In this document: piece by piece, positions 9,733 to 18,938 of the stretch | Layout of the letters: each line of letters begins with the position of its first letter | How positions within the stretch are numbered: position 1 is the stretch's first letter | Source of the DNA: Candidatus Cloacimonadales bacterium | GTDB taxonomy: Bacteria; Cloacimonadota; Cloacimonadia; Cloacimonadales; JAIOQZ01 | Assembly: GCA_963662655.2 (NCBI GenBank) | Contig: CAXXTU010000002.1 | Span: forward strand, 3,360,001-3,424,000 | DNA: 64,000 bases | Reading direction: 5' to 3' | Translations under genes and position numbers: made by a program | Notes under the pieces: model-generated | Told to the model about the DNA's origin: nothing | Seen by the model: only the letters and a program-made list of their open reading frames with translations | Database searches by the model: none

Positions 9733-11628
9733 ATGGTCATAGTAACCCTTGAAAAGCTGGTGAAACGTTATCCGGGTAAGACACTCTTCGAGGATGTCAC
9801 TTTAGGCATCGAGAAGGGGGATAAGATCGGTCTTATCGGGGATAACGGTAGCGGGAAGAGCACGTTCATGAAGATACTCATGGGTGTGGAGCCGGCGGAC
9901 GAGGGTTCGATCGTATTCCGCAGCGACACGCGCAAGGGCTATTTGCCGCAGGTTCCCGAACTCGATCCCAACCGCACGATATTCGAGCAAATCTACTACA
10001 GCGATCACGAACACTTCCGCATCCTTCGCGAGTATCACGAGCTGACATCCCGACTGGCGCGAGAGCATGACGTAACGGTTGCAAAGCGTCATCAGGAATT
10101 GATACAGAAAATGGAAGCGCTGGATATCTGGAAGCTGGAAGTAAAAGCTCGGAGTATCCTGAGCCGCTTTGGGTTTGCGGATCCCGACCAGAGCACCCGC
10201 AACCTTTCGGGTGGCGAGAAGCGGCGTGTCGACATGGCTCGCGTCCTGATGGACGAGCCGGATTTCCTTGCTCTCGACGAGCCTACGAACCATCTGGACA
10301 TCGACACCATCGAGTGGCTGCAAGACTATTTGAAGTCCTACAAAGGCACCATGATTTTCGTGACGCACGACCGCTATTTCCTGGACGCCGTGTGCAACCG
10401 GATTTTCGAGATCGACGGCGGGAAGCTGCGGGTCTATCCCGATAGCTATTCGGGCTATATCAAGCGCAAGGAGATCGAGCTCGTCGATCTTCAACGTAAG
10501 GAGACCCGCAGGAAGGCGCAGCTCCAGAAAGAGATGAAATGGCTCCAGCGCGGCGCAAAGGCGCGAACCTCCAAGCCCAAGGATCATATCGAACGCGTTA
10601 AAGAACTCATCGATAAATCGTACCTTACGGAAGACAAGGAGCTGGAAATCTCCTTCCGCGAGCATCGCCTGGGCAAGACCATCCTGGAGGCCAGCGGGAT
10701 CTCGAAAACTTACAGCAAAGAACTCTTCCACGAGTTCTCGCATATCTTTCAGAAGAGGGAGCGCATCGGGATCATCGGGGCGAACGGCAGCGGTAAAACG
10801 ACCCTGCTTCGCATCCTGCTGGGCACGGAAGAACCCGACGAAGGGAATGTCAAGCTGGGCGTAAACACCCATTTTGCCTTGCTCGATCAGGAGTCGGAGG
10901 AATTCGAGAAGGACATCACCGTTCTGGACTACATACGGGACGAGGCGGATCGCATCCGCACGGCCGACGGGACGCTTCTCTCGGCTGCGGAGATGCTGGA
11001 GAAATTCCGTTTCAACGGCAAGATGCAGCAATCGAAGCTCTTTTCGCTGTCGGGCGGGGAGCGCAAGCGGCTGTCGCTCATGAAATCGCTGATGTTCGGC
11101 GCGAACTTCGTCATTCTGGACGAGCCGACCAACGACCTCGATATCCAGACGCTGGAAGTGCTGGAGGACTACCTGGACGCCTTCCGCGGGTGTCTGCTGA
11201 CCGTATCCCACGACCGCTATTTCCTGGACAGGGTTGTCGATTATCTCTTTATCTTCAGGCAGGATGAAGGTGGGAACGTGCACATCGATAAATTCCCCGG
11301 AAACTACTCCGACTACTTTCTCGTGAAGCGTTTCCGCGAGGAGGAGAAGCTGGAAAACCAGCAAGCGCAGAAACAGGCGCAGGCCCGTCGTCACGAAGAT
11401 AACAAAGGGCGCCTGAGTTACCGGGACGAAAGAAGAGTTTCAGAAATAGAAAAAAGCATTGACGAATTGGAAAGAAAGAAAAAAGAGTTGGATTTCAAAC
11501 TCACCGACGCCTTGGTGGAACTTAAGCCTCAGGACTACATAGAGATAAACGACGAGATGACTGAGATCGAGGCTTCGCTGGAGCAACTGATGACAGAATG
11601 GATGGAAATCGAAAATAAAAGGAATTAA
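9733..11628 (+). CDS. ABC-F family ATPase (Uup-like)
   Basis: Two ABC domains (GDNGSGKS, LSGGE, LDEPTN; GANGSGKT, LSGGE, LDEPTN), no TM segments, C-terminal coiled coil. Confidence 0.9.
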   Translation: MVIVTLEKLVKRYPGKTLFEDVTLGIEKGDKIGLIGDNGSGKSTFMKILMGVEPADEGSIVFRSDTRKGYLPQVPELDPNRTIFEQIYYSDHEHFRILREYHELTSRLAREHDVTVAKRHQELIQKMEALDIWKLEVKARSILSRFGFADPDQSTRNLSGGEKRRVDMARVLMDEPDFLALDEPTNHLDIDTIEWLQDYLKSYKGTMIFVTHDRYFLDAVCNRIFEIDGGKLRVYPDSYSGYIKRKEIELVDLQRKETRRKAQLQKEMKWLQRGAKARTSKPKDHIERVKELIDKSYLTEDKELEISFREHRLGKTILEASGISKTYSKELFHEFSHIFQKRERIGIIGANGSGKTTLLRILLGTEEPDEGNVKLGVNTHFALLDQESEEFEKDITVLDYIRDEADRIRTADGTLLSAAEMLEKFRFNGKMQQSKLFSLSGGERKRLSLMKSLMFGANFVILDEPTNDLDIQTLEVLEDYLDAFRGCLLTVSHDRYFLDRVVDYLFIFRQDEGGNVHIDKFPGNYSDYFLVKRFREEEKLENQQAQKQAQARRHEDNKGRLSYRDERRVSEIEKSIDELERKKKELDFKLTDALVELKPQDYIEINDEMTEIEASLEQLMTEWMEIENKRN

Positions 11629-11644
11629 GCAGAGGGAGTACTTT

Positions 11645-12106
11645 ATGGAGCAAAAACGACCGGAACTCGATGCGATCATCGACCGCTATCAGGGAAAGAA
11701 AGGCGTATTGATTCCGCTGCTGCAAGACGTTCAGAAGCTGGAGGGATTCCTCTCCAGGGATTCGATGCGATACGTTGCAGAGCACACGGGCGTGCGCCTT
11801 GCCGAAATTTACGGCGTCGCAACCTTTTACACCATGTTCCGCCTGAAACCGCAGGGGAAACACGTTATTCGCGTATGCAAGGGAACCGCGTGCCACGTTT
11901 CCGGCGCGAATCTGATCACGGAAGCGATCAGAAGCGAACTGGGACTGAAGAAGGACGAAGACACTACGAACGACGGATACTTCACGGTTATGGAAGTGGC
12001 GTGCCTCGGCTGCTGCAGCCTGGCGCCCGTTATCATGGTGGACGACACAACCCATGGAAAGCTCACCCCGGACAAAGTTGCCGGCGTGCTGACCAAGTAC
12101 AGGTAG
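11645..12106 (+). CDS. NuoE/HydC-like [2Fe-2S] subunit (StnA-like)
   Basis: GVATFY, VCKGTACH, ACLGCC.LAPV. Confidence 0.9.
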   Translation: MEQKRPELDAIIDRYQGKKGVLIPLLQDVQKLEGFLSRDSMRYVAEHTGVRLAEIYGVATFYTMFRLKPQGKHVIRVCKGTACHVSGANLITEAIRSELGLKKDEDTTNDGYFTVMEVACLGCCSLAPVIMVDDTTHGKLTPDKVAGVLTKYR

Positions 12107-12156
12107 AACATTAAAAATCAGGTAATGCGAATTCGCATGAAACCGAGGAGGATAGT

Positions 12157-13920
12157 TTGAGTCAGCTAATGATCAAAGTCGGAATGGCGAGCTGCGGAGT
12201 AGCGGCTGGCGCCGGTGATGTCTGGAAAGCTATAGAAGATTTTATCGGGGACCATCCGGAAATTACGCTGGAAAAGACCGGTTGTGTCGGTATGTGTGCG
12301 TTCGAGCCGCTGGTGGAGATCACTCCCGAAGGCAAGAAGACCATTACGTACGGAAACATCACGCCGGAAGAGACGATTTCCGTCATCGAGGGCTACCTCA
12401 ACAAAGATGACGCGAAGATCGCTTCCATCGCCGGTCGATTGATTCCCCGCGATGAGAAATTGAGCAAGCAAACCCGTATCGTTCTTCGCAACACGGGTAT
12501 CATCGATCCCACATCCATTGACGAATACCTCGAGCACGACGGTTACAAAGCGCTGGAAAAGGCGTTGAAGAACATGACTCGCGAAGAGGTTATCAATGAA
12601 GTGAAAGCCTCCGGTCTTCGTGGCCGTGGCGGCGCAGGTTTCCCCACCGGCTTGAAATGGCAGTTCGCTTATCAGGCGAAAGACAACAAGAAGTACATCG
12701 TCTGTAACGCGGACGAAGGCGATCCGGGCGCGTTCATGGATCGCAGTGTCCTCGAAGGCGATCCGCACAGCGTGATCGAAGGCATGATCATCGGCGCGTA
12801 CGCGATTGGCGCGGATGAAGGCTACATTTATTGTCGTGCCGAATACCCCATGGCGATCCGCCACCTGCTTATCGCGCTCGAAGAAGCAGAAGCACGAGGC
12901 TACATGGGCAAGAATATCATGGGCACCGGTTTCAACTTCGAACTGCACATCAAGGAAGGCGCAGGCGCCTTCGTGTGTGGCGAGGAAACCGCTCTCATGG
13001 CTTCCATCGAAGGAAAGCGCGGAATGCCGCGTATCCGTCCTCCATTCCCGGCGCAGTCCGGTCTCTGGGGACACCCGACCAACATCAACAACGTGGAAAC
13101 GTTTGCAAATATCGCCTGGATCATCAACAACGGCGCAGACAAGTACGCCAGCCTCGGAACCGAGAAGAGCAAGGGAACCAAGGTCTTCGCGCTCGCCGGT
13201 AAGATCAAGCACGCCGGCCTTGTGGAAGTCCCGATGGGAACGCCACTTCGCGAAGTGATTTACGAAGTGGGCGGCGGCATGCTTACCGATAAGCCGTTCA
13301 AAGCTGTCCAGCTTGGCGGACCATCCGGCGGATGCGTCCCGAAGGAACTGCTCGACACCATCGTCGACTATGACTCCATCACCCAAACGGGCGCGATCAT
13401 GGGCTCCGGCGGTATGGTCGTTATGGACGAGAGCACCTGTATGGTGGACATCGCGAAGTTCTTCCTGAACTTCACGCAGAACGAATCCTGCGGAAAGTGC
13501 ACCTTCTGCCGCGTGGGAACCAAGCGCATGCTCGAGATCCTTCAGCGCATCACGGAAGGAAAAGGCGAGATGGAAGACATCGACAAGCTGTACGAGCTTT
13601 CCGAGAACATCCGCAAAACGTCGCTCTGCGGTTTGGGCCAGACGGCTCCCAACCCGGTGCTGACCACCCTGCGTTACTTCAAGCACGAATACATCGCTCA
13701 CATTCAGGACAAGAAATGTCCCGCCGGCGCATGCCAGGCGCTGATCAAGTTCGAAATCGATGCGGACAAATGCGTCGGCTGTACGCTTTGTGCCCGTAGA
13801 TGTCCGGTCAATGCCATTTCCGGCAAGGTCAAGGAACCGCACGTGATCGATCAGAACGCCTGTATCGGTTGCGGCGCTTGCGAAGCGGCATGTAAATTCG
13901 GCGCAGTGATTAAATCATAG
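12157..13920 (+). CDS. NuoF/HydB-like FMN/NADH-binding subunit with C-terminal 2x[4Fe-4S] (StnB-like)
   Basis: GLRGRGGAGFPTG, CNADEGDPGAFMDR, GAGAFVCGEETAL, ESCGKCTFCRVG; two CxxCxxCxxxC motifs. Confidence 0.92.
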   Translation: MSQLMIKVGMASCGVAAGAGDVWKAIEDFIGDHPEITLEKTGCVGMCAFEPLVEITPEGKKTITYGNITPEETISVIEGYLNKDDAKIASIAGRLIPRDEKLSKQTRIVLRNTGIIDPTSIDEYLEHDGYKALEKALKNMTREEVINEVKASGLRGRGGAGFPTGLKWQFAYQAKDNKKYIVCNADEGDPGAFMDRSVLEGDPHSVIEGMIIGAYAIGADEGYIYCRAEYPMAIRHLLIALEEAEARGYMGKNIMGTGFNFELHIKEGAGAFVCGEETALMASIEGKRGMPRIRPPFPAQSGLWGHPTNINNVETFANIAWIINNGADKYASLGTEKSKGTKVFALAGKIKHAGLVEVPMGTPLREVIYEVGGGMLTDKPFKAVQLGGPSGGCVPKELLDTIVDYDSITQTGAIMGSGGMVVMDESTCMVDIAKFFLNFTQNESCGKCTFCRVGTKRMLEILQRITEGKGEMEDIDKLYELSENIRKTSLCGLGQTAPNPVLTTLRYFKHEYIAHIQDKKCPAGACQALIKFEIDADKCVGCTLCARRCPVNAISGKVKEPHVIDQNACIGCGACEAACKFGAVIKS

Positions 13921-13931
13921 GAGAGTGGATC

Positions 13932-16900
13932 ATGATAAAAATCAAACTCAACAACAGAGAAATCATCACCGAAGCCGGTAGAACCATATTGGAAGTCGCA
14001 CAGGAAAACGGAGTAAGCATTCCCACCCTGTGCCATGATCCTGAACTCCAGCCCTACGGATCCTGCTGGGTCTGCGCGGTGGAAGTCAAAGGCGCGCGCG
14101 GATTTGTGACCGCTTGCGGTACCCGCGTGAGTGACGGCATGGAAATCATGACCGATACGAAGGAAGTTCACGCCGCTCGCAAGATGGCGCTGGAACTCCT
14201 CGCATCCGACCACTATGCGGACTGCGAAGCCCCCTGCTCGGTTGCCTGCCCGGATCACGTGGATATTCAATCCTACGTTGCGCATATCGCCAACGGCGAT
14301 TACCATGAGGCCGTCAAGGTCATCAAGGAAAAGCTGCCCATGCCGCTTTCCATTGGCCGTGTATGCCCGGCGTTCTGCGAAGCCGAATGCCGCCGGAAAA
14401 TCGTCGATGAACCCATCGCGATTCGCCAGCTCAAGCGTCACGCCGCCGATTTCGATCTGAACGACTACTGGACCTGGGTTCCCGAGAAGAAGCCGGCCAG
14501 CGGAAAGAAGGTCGCGATTATCGGCGCTGGTCCTTCAGGACTGACCTGCGGTTATTACCTCAGCAATGAAGGTCACGACGTGACGGTATTCGAAGCTTCC
14601 CCCAAAGCGGGTGGATGGCTTCGCTACGGTATCCCGGAGTACCGCCTTCCCAAGGCGACGCTCGACAAGGAAATCGAGCTGATGTGCGCCAACGGAATGG
14701 AAATCAAATACAATGTTAAAATCGGCGAGACAATCTCCATGCAGGACATCTGCAAGGATTACGACGCCGTATATATGGCGCTGGGCGCACAGAACGCAGT
14801 TCCCATGCGCGTGACCGGCGCCGACCTCGACGGCGTGCTGCTGGGTGTGGATTTCCTCAGGGATTTCGTGCTCGGTAAGGACGTGAACGTCGGCAAGAAA
14901 GTCGCGATCATCGGTGGTGGCAACACCGCTGTCGACTGCGCGAGAACCTCCCGCCGTCTCGGCGCGGACGTGACGATCATCTACCGCCGTACCCGCAAGG
15001 AAATGCCAGCGGAGGAATACGAAGTCGATGCTGCGGACGAAGAGGGAATCAAGTTCTATATGCTCACCAATCCCGTGGAATTCCTGGGAGAGGGCGGCAA
15101 GCTGAAGAAGGTCAAGCTCGAGAAGATGGAACTCGGGGAACCGGACAGCAGCGGCAGACGTCGCCCCGTGCCGACCGGTGAATTCTTCGATGAGGAATTC
15201 GATACGGTAATCGCGGCGATATCTCAGGCTCCGGACGTGGATTTCCTGGCGAAGGAAGAGAACTACGTCGCCGGCAAGCAGCTTCCGCTGTCTCGCTGGC
15301 AGACCGCTGAGGTCAACGAGAACACCATGTATCTCGGATACGGAAACGTGTTCGCGGGTGGCGACTTCCGTCGCGGCCCCGCAACCGCGATCGAGGCGAT
15401 TGCCGATGGCCGTATTGCATACGAGCAGATCGATCGCTTCCTCCTTGGACTTCCGGTGGAAGCTCCCAAGGTGAAATTCGATTCCAAGAAAGAGAAGAAG
15501 CTGGCGGATGTTTCGCCGGAAGAATACGAACAGTACGAGAAGAAGCCACGCGCCAAAATGCCTGAACTGGAAGCGGAATCGCGCGCGACCAACTTCGAAG
15601 AGGTCGAGCTTGGATTCGTGGATGAAGACGCACGCGCGGAAGCCGAGCGTTGTCTCGAATGCGGCTGCCAGGTCAACAGCAGTTGTGTGCTTCGCCAGTA
15701 CTGCACCGAATACGATGTCGATGTTGATCTCTTTGCTGGTTCCAAGAACAAGCATCCGATCGATCGCAGCCATCCGTTCATTCTGCGCGACGCCAACAAG
15801 TGCGTGAACTGCGGGCGCTGTATCCGCATCTGCTCCGAAGTTCAGGGAGCAGGTGTCCTTGGTTACATCTTCCGTGGGTTCGCCAGTCTGGTTGCGCCGG
15901 AGTTTGGCGAGAGTCTCACATACACGAGCTGCGAATCTTGCGGTAAGTGTGTGGCGGTATGTCCGGTGGGAGCTCTCACCGAGCGTCAGGTCCATTACAA
16001 GCTGCATCCGCATCCGGGTGAAAAAATCATCCAGAACTGCGGTAACTGCGGAACGGGCTGCACGATCGAAGTCAACACCCAGATTGATCGCGTAGCGTTC
16101 ATCAATGCGCCGGAAGAAGAAGGATTCAATGGCCGCGACCTTTGCTTCAAGGGTCGTTTCGGCTGGCAGATTTTCGAGTCCGACGAGAAGCTTTCCGAGC
16201 CTCTCATCCGCAAGGACGGCAAGTATGAACCGATCACTTGGGAAGAAGTGACGGAGATTCTTCGCGAGAAATTCGAGAAAGCCGAGAGCAAATCGATATA
16301 CCTTAGCGCGGATGCAACCAACGAAGAGATGCTTCTGATGCAGGAAGTGGCCATCAACAGCGATGCTGAGATCGGTTCGCTTTCCCTGAAGAAGGACTTC
16401 GCAGACGGTGTCATGATGAACCACCACTATCGCAAATCGTTCCAGGAACTGGAAGACGCCGAGGCGATTGTGATTGTCGGAACGATCGGGCACACCCTGC
16501 GTACGCTGGCTCGCAAGCAGCAGCGCAAGGGCAAGAAACTGATTCTCATCAACAACAACGATGCAGATTTCAATCGTTTCGCCGATGTTCATGTCAAGAA
16601 CGCCGACTTCTGCAAGGTTCTCGACGGCATTTGCCAGAGCACGTGCAATTGCAGCAAGGTCGAATGCCAGTGCGGCCACGAAGCGAAAATCGACATCGAT
16701 CTGCCGAACCGCACGCTGTTCTTCTACGACCGCACCGAGATTGGTGAAGACGTGATCCAGAAAATCTGGACCGTCGCCACTGCGACTTGCGATTTTAGCA
16801 AGGGTTCCGGCGTGATCCCGACATCCAAGTGGATGAACCTCAACGGGCTTATCAAGCTTGGGTTCGAAGAAATGCCGGCGAAGAAGGCCGATCTGGTCAT

Positions 16901-17342
16901 TCTTTATGGCGAAACACCGGACGAGACACAGGCGGAAGCGCTTCAGGGCAGCGGATTCACCGTATCCGTGAACACGCACAAGGTGTTTGACGCGGATATG
17001 ATACTGCCGCAGGCTTCTTACCTTGAGATCGAAGGTTCCGTATTCGCGGACGACCAGAGCATGAACTTCTTCTACAATCCGAAGGATTCTGCCCTCTTCG
17101 ACGAGCTCGTCGAGTTGTTCGCCGACATGGAGATCATTCCGGAAGCGCACAGCGAGAAGAGCTACTGGCTCGGTCGCAGCCGTTACCTCCGCGATGCGAA
17201 TCCGCAGATTGCAATCCAGTCAATGGACCTGCACAAGTGGCTTGGATCGCTGAATAACCTGCGTAAGGAACCGATGTCTGCCAACGCTGGCAAGCTCGCT
17301 CTGATCACGGAAATGAAGGCTAAAACAGAGCAGGAACGCTAA
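13932..17342 (+). CDS. Multidomain Fe-S flavoprotein: [2Fe-2S] + GltD/NfnB-like FAD/NADP domain + NuoG-like [4Fe-4S] + degenerate molybdopterin-fold domain (StnC-like)
   Basis: IPTLC...C.VC...TAC; GRVCPAFCE; GAGPSG, YGIPEYRLP, GGGNTAVD, YRRT; CVNCGRCIRIC, CESCGKCVAVCP, CGNCGTGC...LCFKG; no H-cluster motifs seen. Confidence 0.8.
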   Translation: MIKIKLNNREIITEAGRTILEVAQENGVSIPTLCHDPELQPYGSCWVCAVEVKGARGFVTACGTRVSDGMEIMTDTKEVHAARKMALELLASDHYADCEAPCSVACPDHVDIQSYVAHIANGDYHEAVKVIKEKLPMPLSIGRVCPAFCEAECRRKIVDEPIAIRQLKRHAADFDLNDYWTWVPEKKPASGKKVAIIGAGPSGLTCGYYLSNEGHDVTVFEASPKAGGWLRYGIPEYRLPKATLDKEIELMCANGMEIKYNVKIGETISMQDICKDYDAVYMALGAQNAVPMRVTGADLDGVLLGVDFLRDFVLGKDVNVGKKVAIIGGGNTAVDCARTSRRLGADVTIIYRRTRKEMPAEEYEVDAADEEGIKFYMLTNPVEFLGEGGKLKKVKLEKMELGEPDSSGRRRPVPTGEFFDEEFDTVIAAISQAPDVDFLAKEENYVAGKQLPLSRWQTAEVNENTMYLGYGNVFAGGDFRRGPATAIEAIADGRIAYEQIDRFLLGLPVEAPKVKFDSKKEKKLADVSPEEYEQYEKKPRAKMPELEAESRATNFEEVELGFVDEDARAEAERCLECGCQVNSSCVLRQYCTEYDVDVDLFAGSKNKHPIDRSHPFILRDANKCVNCGRCIRICSEVQGAGVLGYIFRGFASLVAPEFGESLTYTSCESCGKCVAVCPVGALTERQVHYKLHPHPGEKIIQNCGNCGTGCTIEVNTQIDRVAFINAPEEEGFNGRDLCFKGRFGWQIFESDEKLSEPLIRKDGKYEPITWEEVTEILREKFEKAESKSIYLSADATNEEMLLMQEVAINSDAEIGSLSLKKDFADGVMMNHHYRKSFQELEDAEAIVIVGTIGHTLRTLARKQQRKGKKLILINNNDADFNRFADVHVKNADFCKVLDGICQSTCNCSKVECQCGHEAKIDIDLPNRTLFFYDRTEIGEDVIQKIWTVATATCDFSKGSGVIPTSKWMNLNGLIKLGFEEMPAKKADLVILYGETPDETQAEALQGSGFTVSVNTHKVFDADMILPQASYLEIEGSVFADDQSMNFFYNPKDSALFDELVELFADMEIIPEAHSEKSYWLGRSRYLRDANPQIAIQSMDLHKWLGSLNNLRKEPMSANAGKLALITEMKAKTEQER

Positions 17343-17370
17343 AACGCAAGTTTCTGCCCTAATATTGAAA

Positions 17371-17399
17371 GAGGCGCTCGTCGAGCGCCTCTTTTTTTT
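17371..17399 (+). terminator. Intrinsic terminator after the redox operon
   Basis: GAGGCGCTC-gtc-GAGCGCCTC followed by T8. Confidence 0.85.
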
Positions 17400-17437
17400 G
17401 AGGGAGAAAAGCAGTCTTGGGTGTGAGCACAGGCTCA

Positions 17438-17626
17438 GCGGCGGGGCGGCGGCGTGTGCGCTTTGCGCACTTACACATTAGGAATCGCTTTTTGTTCTGA
17501 AAGCGATTCCTAATGTGCAGGTAAGCCTTTGGGATTTTATGATTGATTCGAATACGGCGGTGTAATGGAAGATTGAGATTGCTCTGAGTTTGTTGACGAT
17601 GGCTTACCACGCCGCCGCCCCGCCGC
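17438..17626. repeat. Multi-stem palindromic element (possible structured RNA or MITE/REP-like element)
   Basis: Perfect 19-bp outer IR (17438-17456/17608-17626); perfect 18-bp inner hairpin (17474-17491/17500-17517); GGTAAGCC/GGCTTACC pair. Confidence 0.7.
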
Positions 17627-17629
17627 GCG

Positions 17630-17668
17630 GATGGTGCGTAAAAAGATGGCGCGCCTGCAGGAACTCGA
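17630..17668 (-). repeat. Extra copy of the tRNA-Arg 3' end plus flank (att-like scar)
   Basis: 39-bp direct repeat of 17731-17769 with one mismatch: GATGGTGCG(T/C)AAAAAGATGGCGCGCCTGCAGGAACTCGA. Confidence 0.85.
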
Positions 17669-17742
17669 CGTAACACGATGATTCTCGTTCCACGCCTGTG
17701 GAGAGCTATCAAAGTGGGACCACGGTAGAAGATGGTGCGCAA

Positions 17743-17795
17743 AAAGATGGCGCGCCTGCAGGAACTCGAATCCCGAACCCTCTGATCCGAAGTCA
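17743..17795. repeat. Left att site (duplicated tRNA-Arg 3' portion)
   Basis: AAAGATGGCGCGCCTGCAGGAACTCGAATCCCGAACCCTCTGATCCGAAGTCA, identical to 59417-59469. Confidence 0.95.
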
Positions 17796-17858
17796 TGAGG
17801 GCATAATAACATAACAGATAACAAAACAATCAGTTAGGCTCATATATAAACAAGATAA

Positions 17859-17878
17859 TGACAAATACGTGCCAAAAC
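17859..17878. promoter_or_regulatory. Putative integrase arm-type binding site
   Basis: TGACAAATACGTGCCAAAAC matches 59281-59300 TGACAATTATGTGACAAAAC at 17/20; the two flank the core in the reconstituted attP. Confidence 0.55.
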
Positions 17879-18035
17879 AATCAATATTTTGCACCATATA
17901 GCCCGATAACTCAGAACTACCTGATATATAACGATTAAGCCCATACATGCCGATATATAATAAAGAATCCGATAGACTCGAAAGCCATTGACAAACAAAG
18001 AGTTAGCGTAAAATCTTTCTTGTGGATGGTACGAA

Positions 18036-18938
18036 ATGGAAAAACAGGTAAAGAACCAAATCATCATGAAGCATTTCTGGTGTGACGAGTGTAGTCACTA
18101 CTGGAAAACGAACGACTTTCGTGAAGACGCGTCGATCGAAGGTGATTACAGGTTCTTTTCACGTTGTCCTATGTGCAACGAAGAGAGGATCAACAAGCAC
18201 CATTGCTACGGTCAGCTTGAAAAAGCCTGGGCAAGTGCAACGGGGCCACAGACAGAGAAAGGCAAGAACCGTGCGCGGCTGAATGCCGTTAAGCACGGGA
18301 AGTACATGAGAGTGCTTACTGCAATGGCTCCCGCGAAGTATGGGAAATACTCGAACTGTGATAAGTGTGACGAGAAGAAAGAATGTGAGGCTGGCGAAGT
18401 TCGGTACTGCCCTCATCAACGTGGGATTATGCTCCGTTTTTTACAGGCGTACGAGGACGGAGACGTTGAGGCTTTGAAGGCTTATGCCGCTATGGCGCAA
18501 GCAAGGACGATGGGCGTTCTCGATAACATCTTCGCCGAGATACTTAACAGGGGCGTATTGATTGAAGAACCGAAGCTGCGTTCGAACGGCGAACAAGCCG
18601 AGACTTCCGAAGGTATTCCTATCGTCGAGATCAAGCGCAACCCACTTATAAAACAAATTCCCGAAATGATGAGAACCCTTGGGTTCGAAGCCGAACAGCA
18701 GAGGATGACTCCGGCAAGCAACGACGCAAAGGATACTGATCCTTCGGGAAACCTAAAGGGTATTGAGACCGCATCCGACTTTCTCAAAGAGTTAAGGGAA
18801 ACTCTTAATACTGCAATCGACGGGGTGTCGTTGAAAAAGCGAAGGGAACAGGACGAGATTTTGCAGGCACTTGAGCACGACGGTTCGATTGAAAATGTGA
18901 AGGTAGAGTACCCTAACAAGAATGTATTTAAACCGTGA
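18036..18938 (+). CDS. Putative terminase small subunit with Cys-rich Zn-binding motifs
   Basis: Directly upstream of terL; ATGPQTEKGKNRARLNAVKHG motif; CxxC pairs; EIKRNPLI segment resembling P27-type TerS. Confidence 0.55.
   Translation: MEKQVKNQIIMKHFWCDECSHYWKTNDFREDASIEGDYRFFSRCPMCNEERINKHHCYGQLEKAWASATGPQTEKGKNRARLNAVKHGKYMRVLTAMAPAKYGKYSNCDKCDEKKECEAGEVRYCPHQRGIMLRFLQAYEDGDVEALKAYAAMAQARTMGVLDNIFAEILNRGVLIEEPKLRSNGEQAETSEGIPIVEIKRNPLIKQIPEMMRTLGFEAEQQRMTPASNDAKDTDPSGNLKGIETASDFLKELRETLNTAIDGVSLKKRREQDEILQALEHDGSIENVKVEYPNKNVFKP

Noticed and set aside
9802..17150. Long antisense ORFs (9802..11394, 12166..13842, 14535..17150)
   Set aside because: They are shadows of well-supported plus-strand genes caused by codon bias and carry no recognisable motifs
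17630..17795. Repeat-spacer-repeat as a mini-CRISPR
   Set aside because: The repeat is the tRNA-Arg 3' end plus flank, which att duplication explains better
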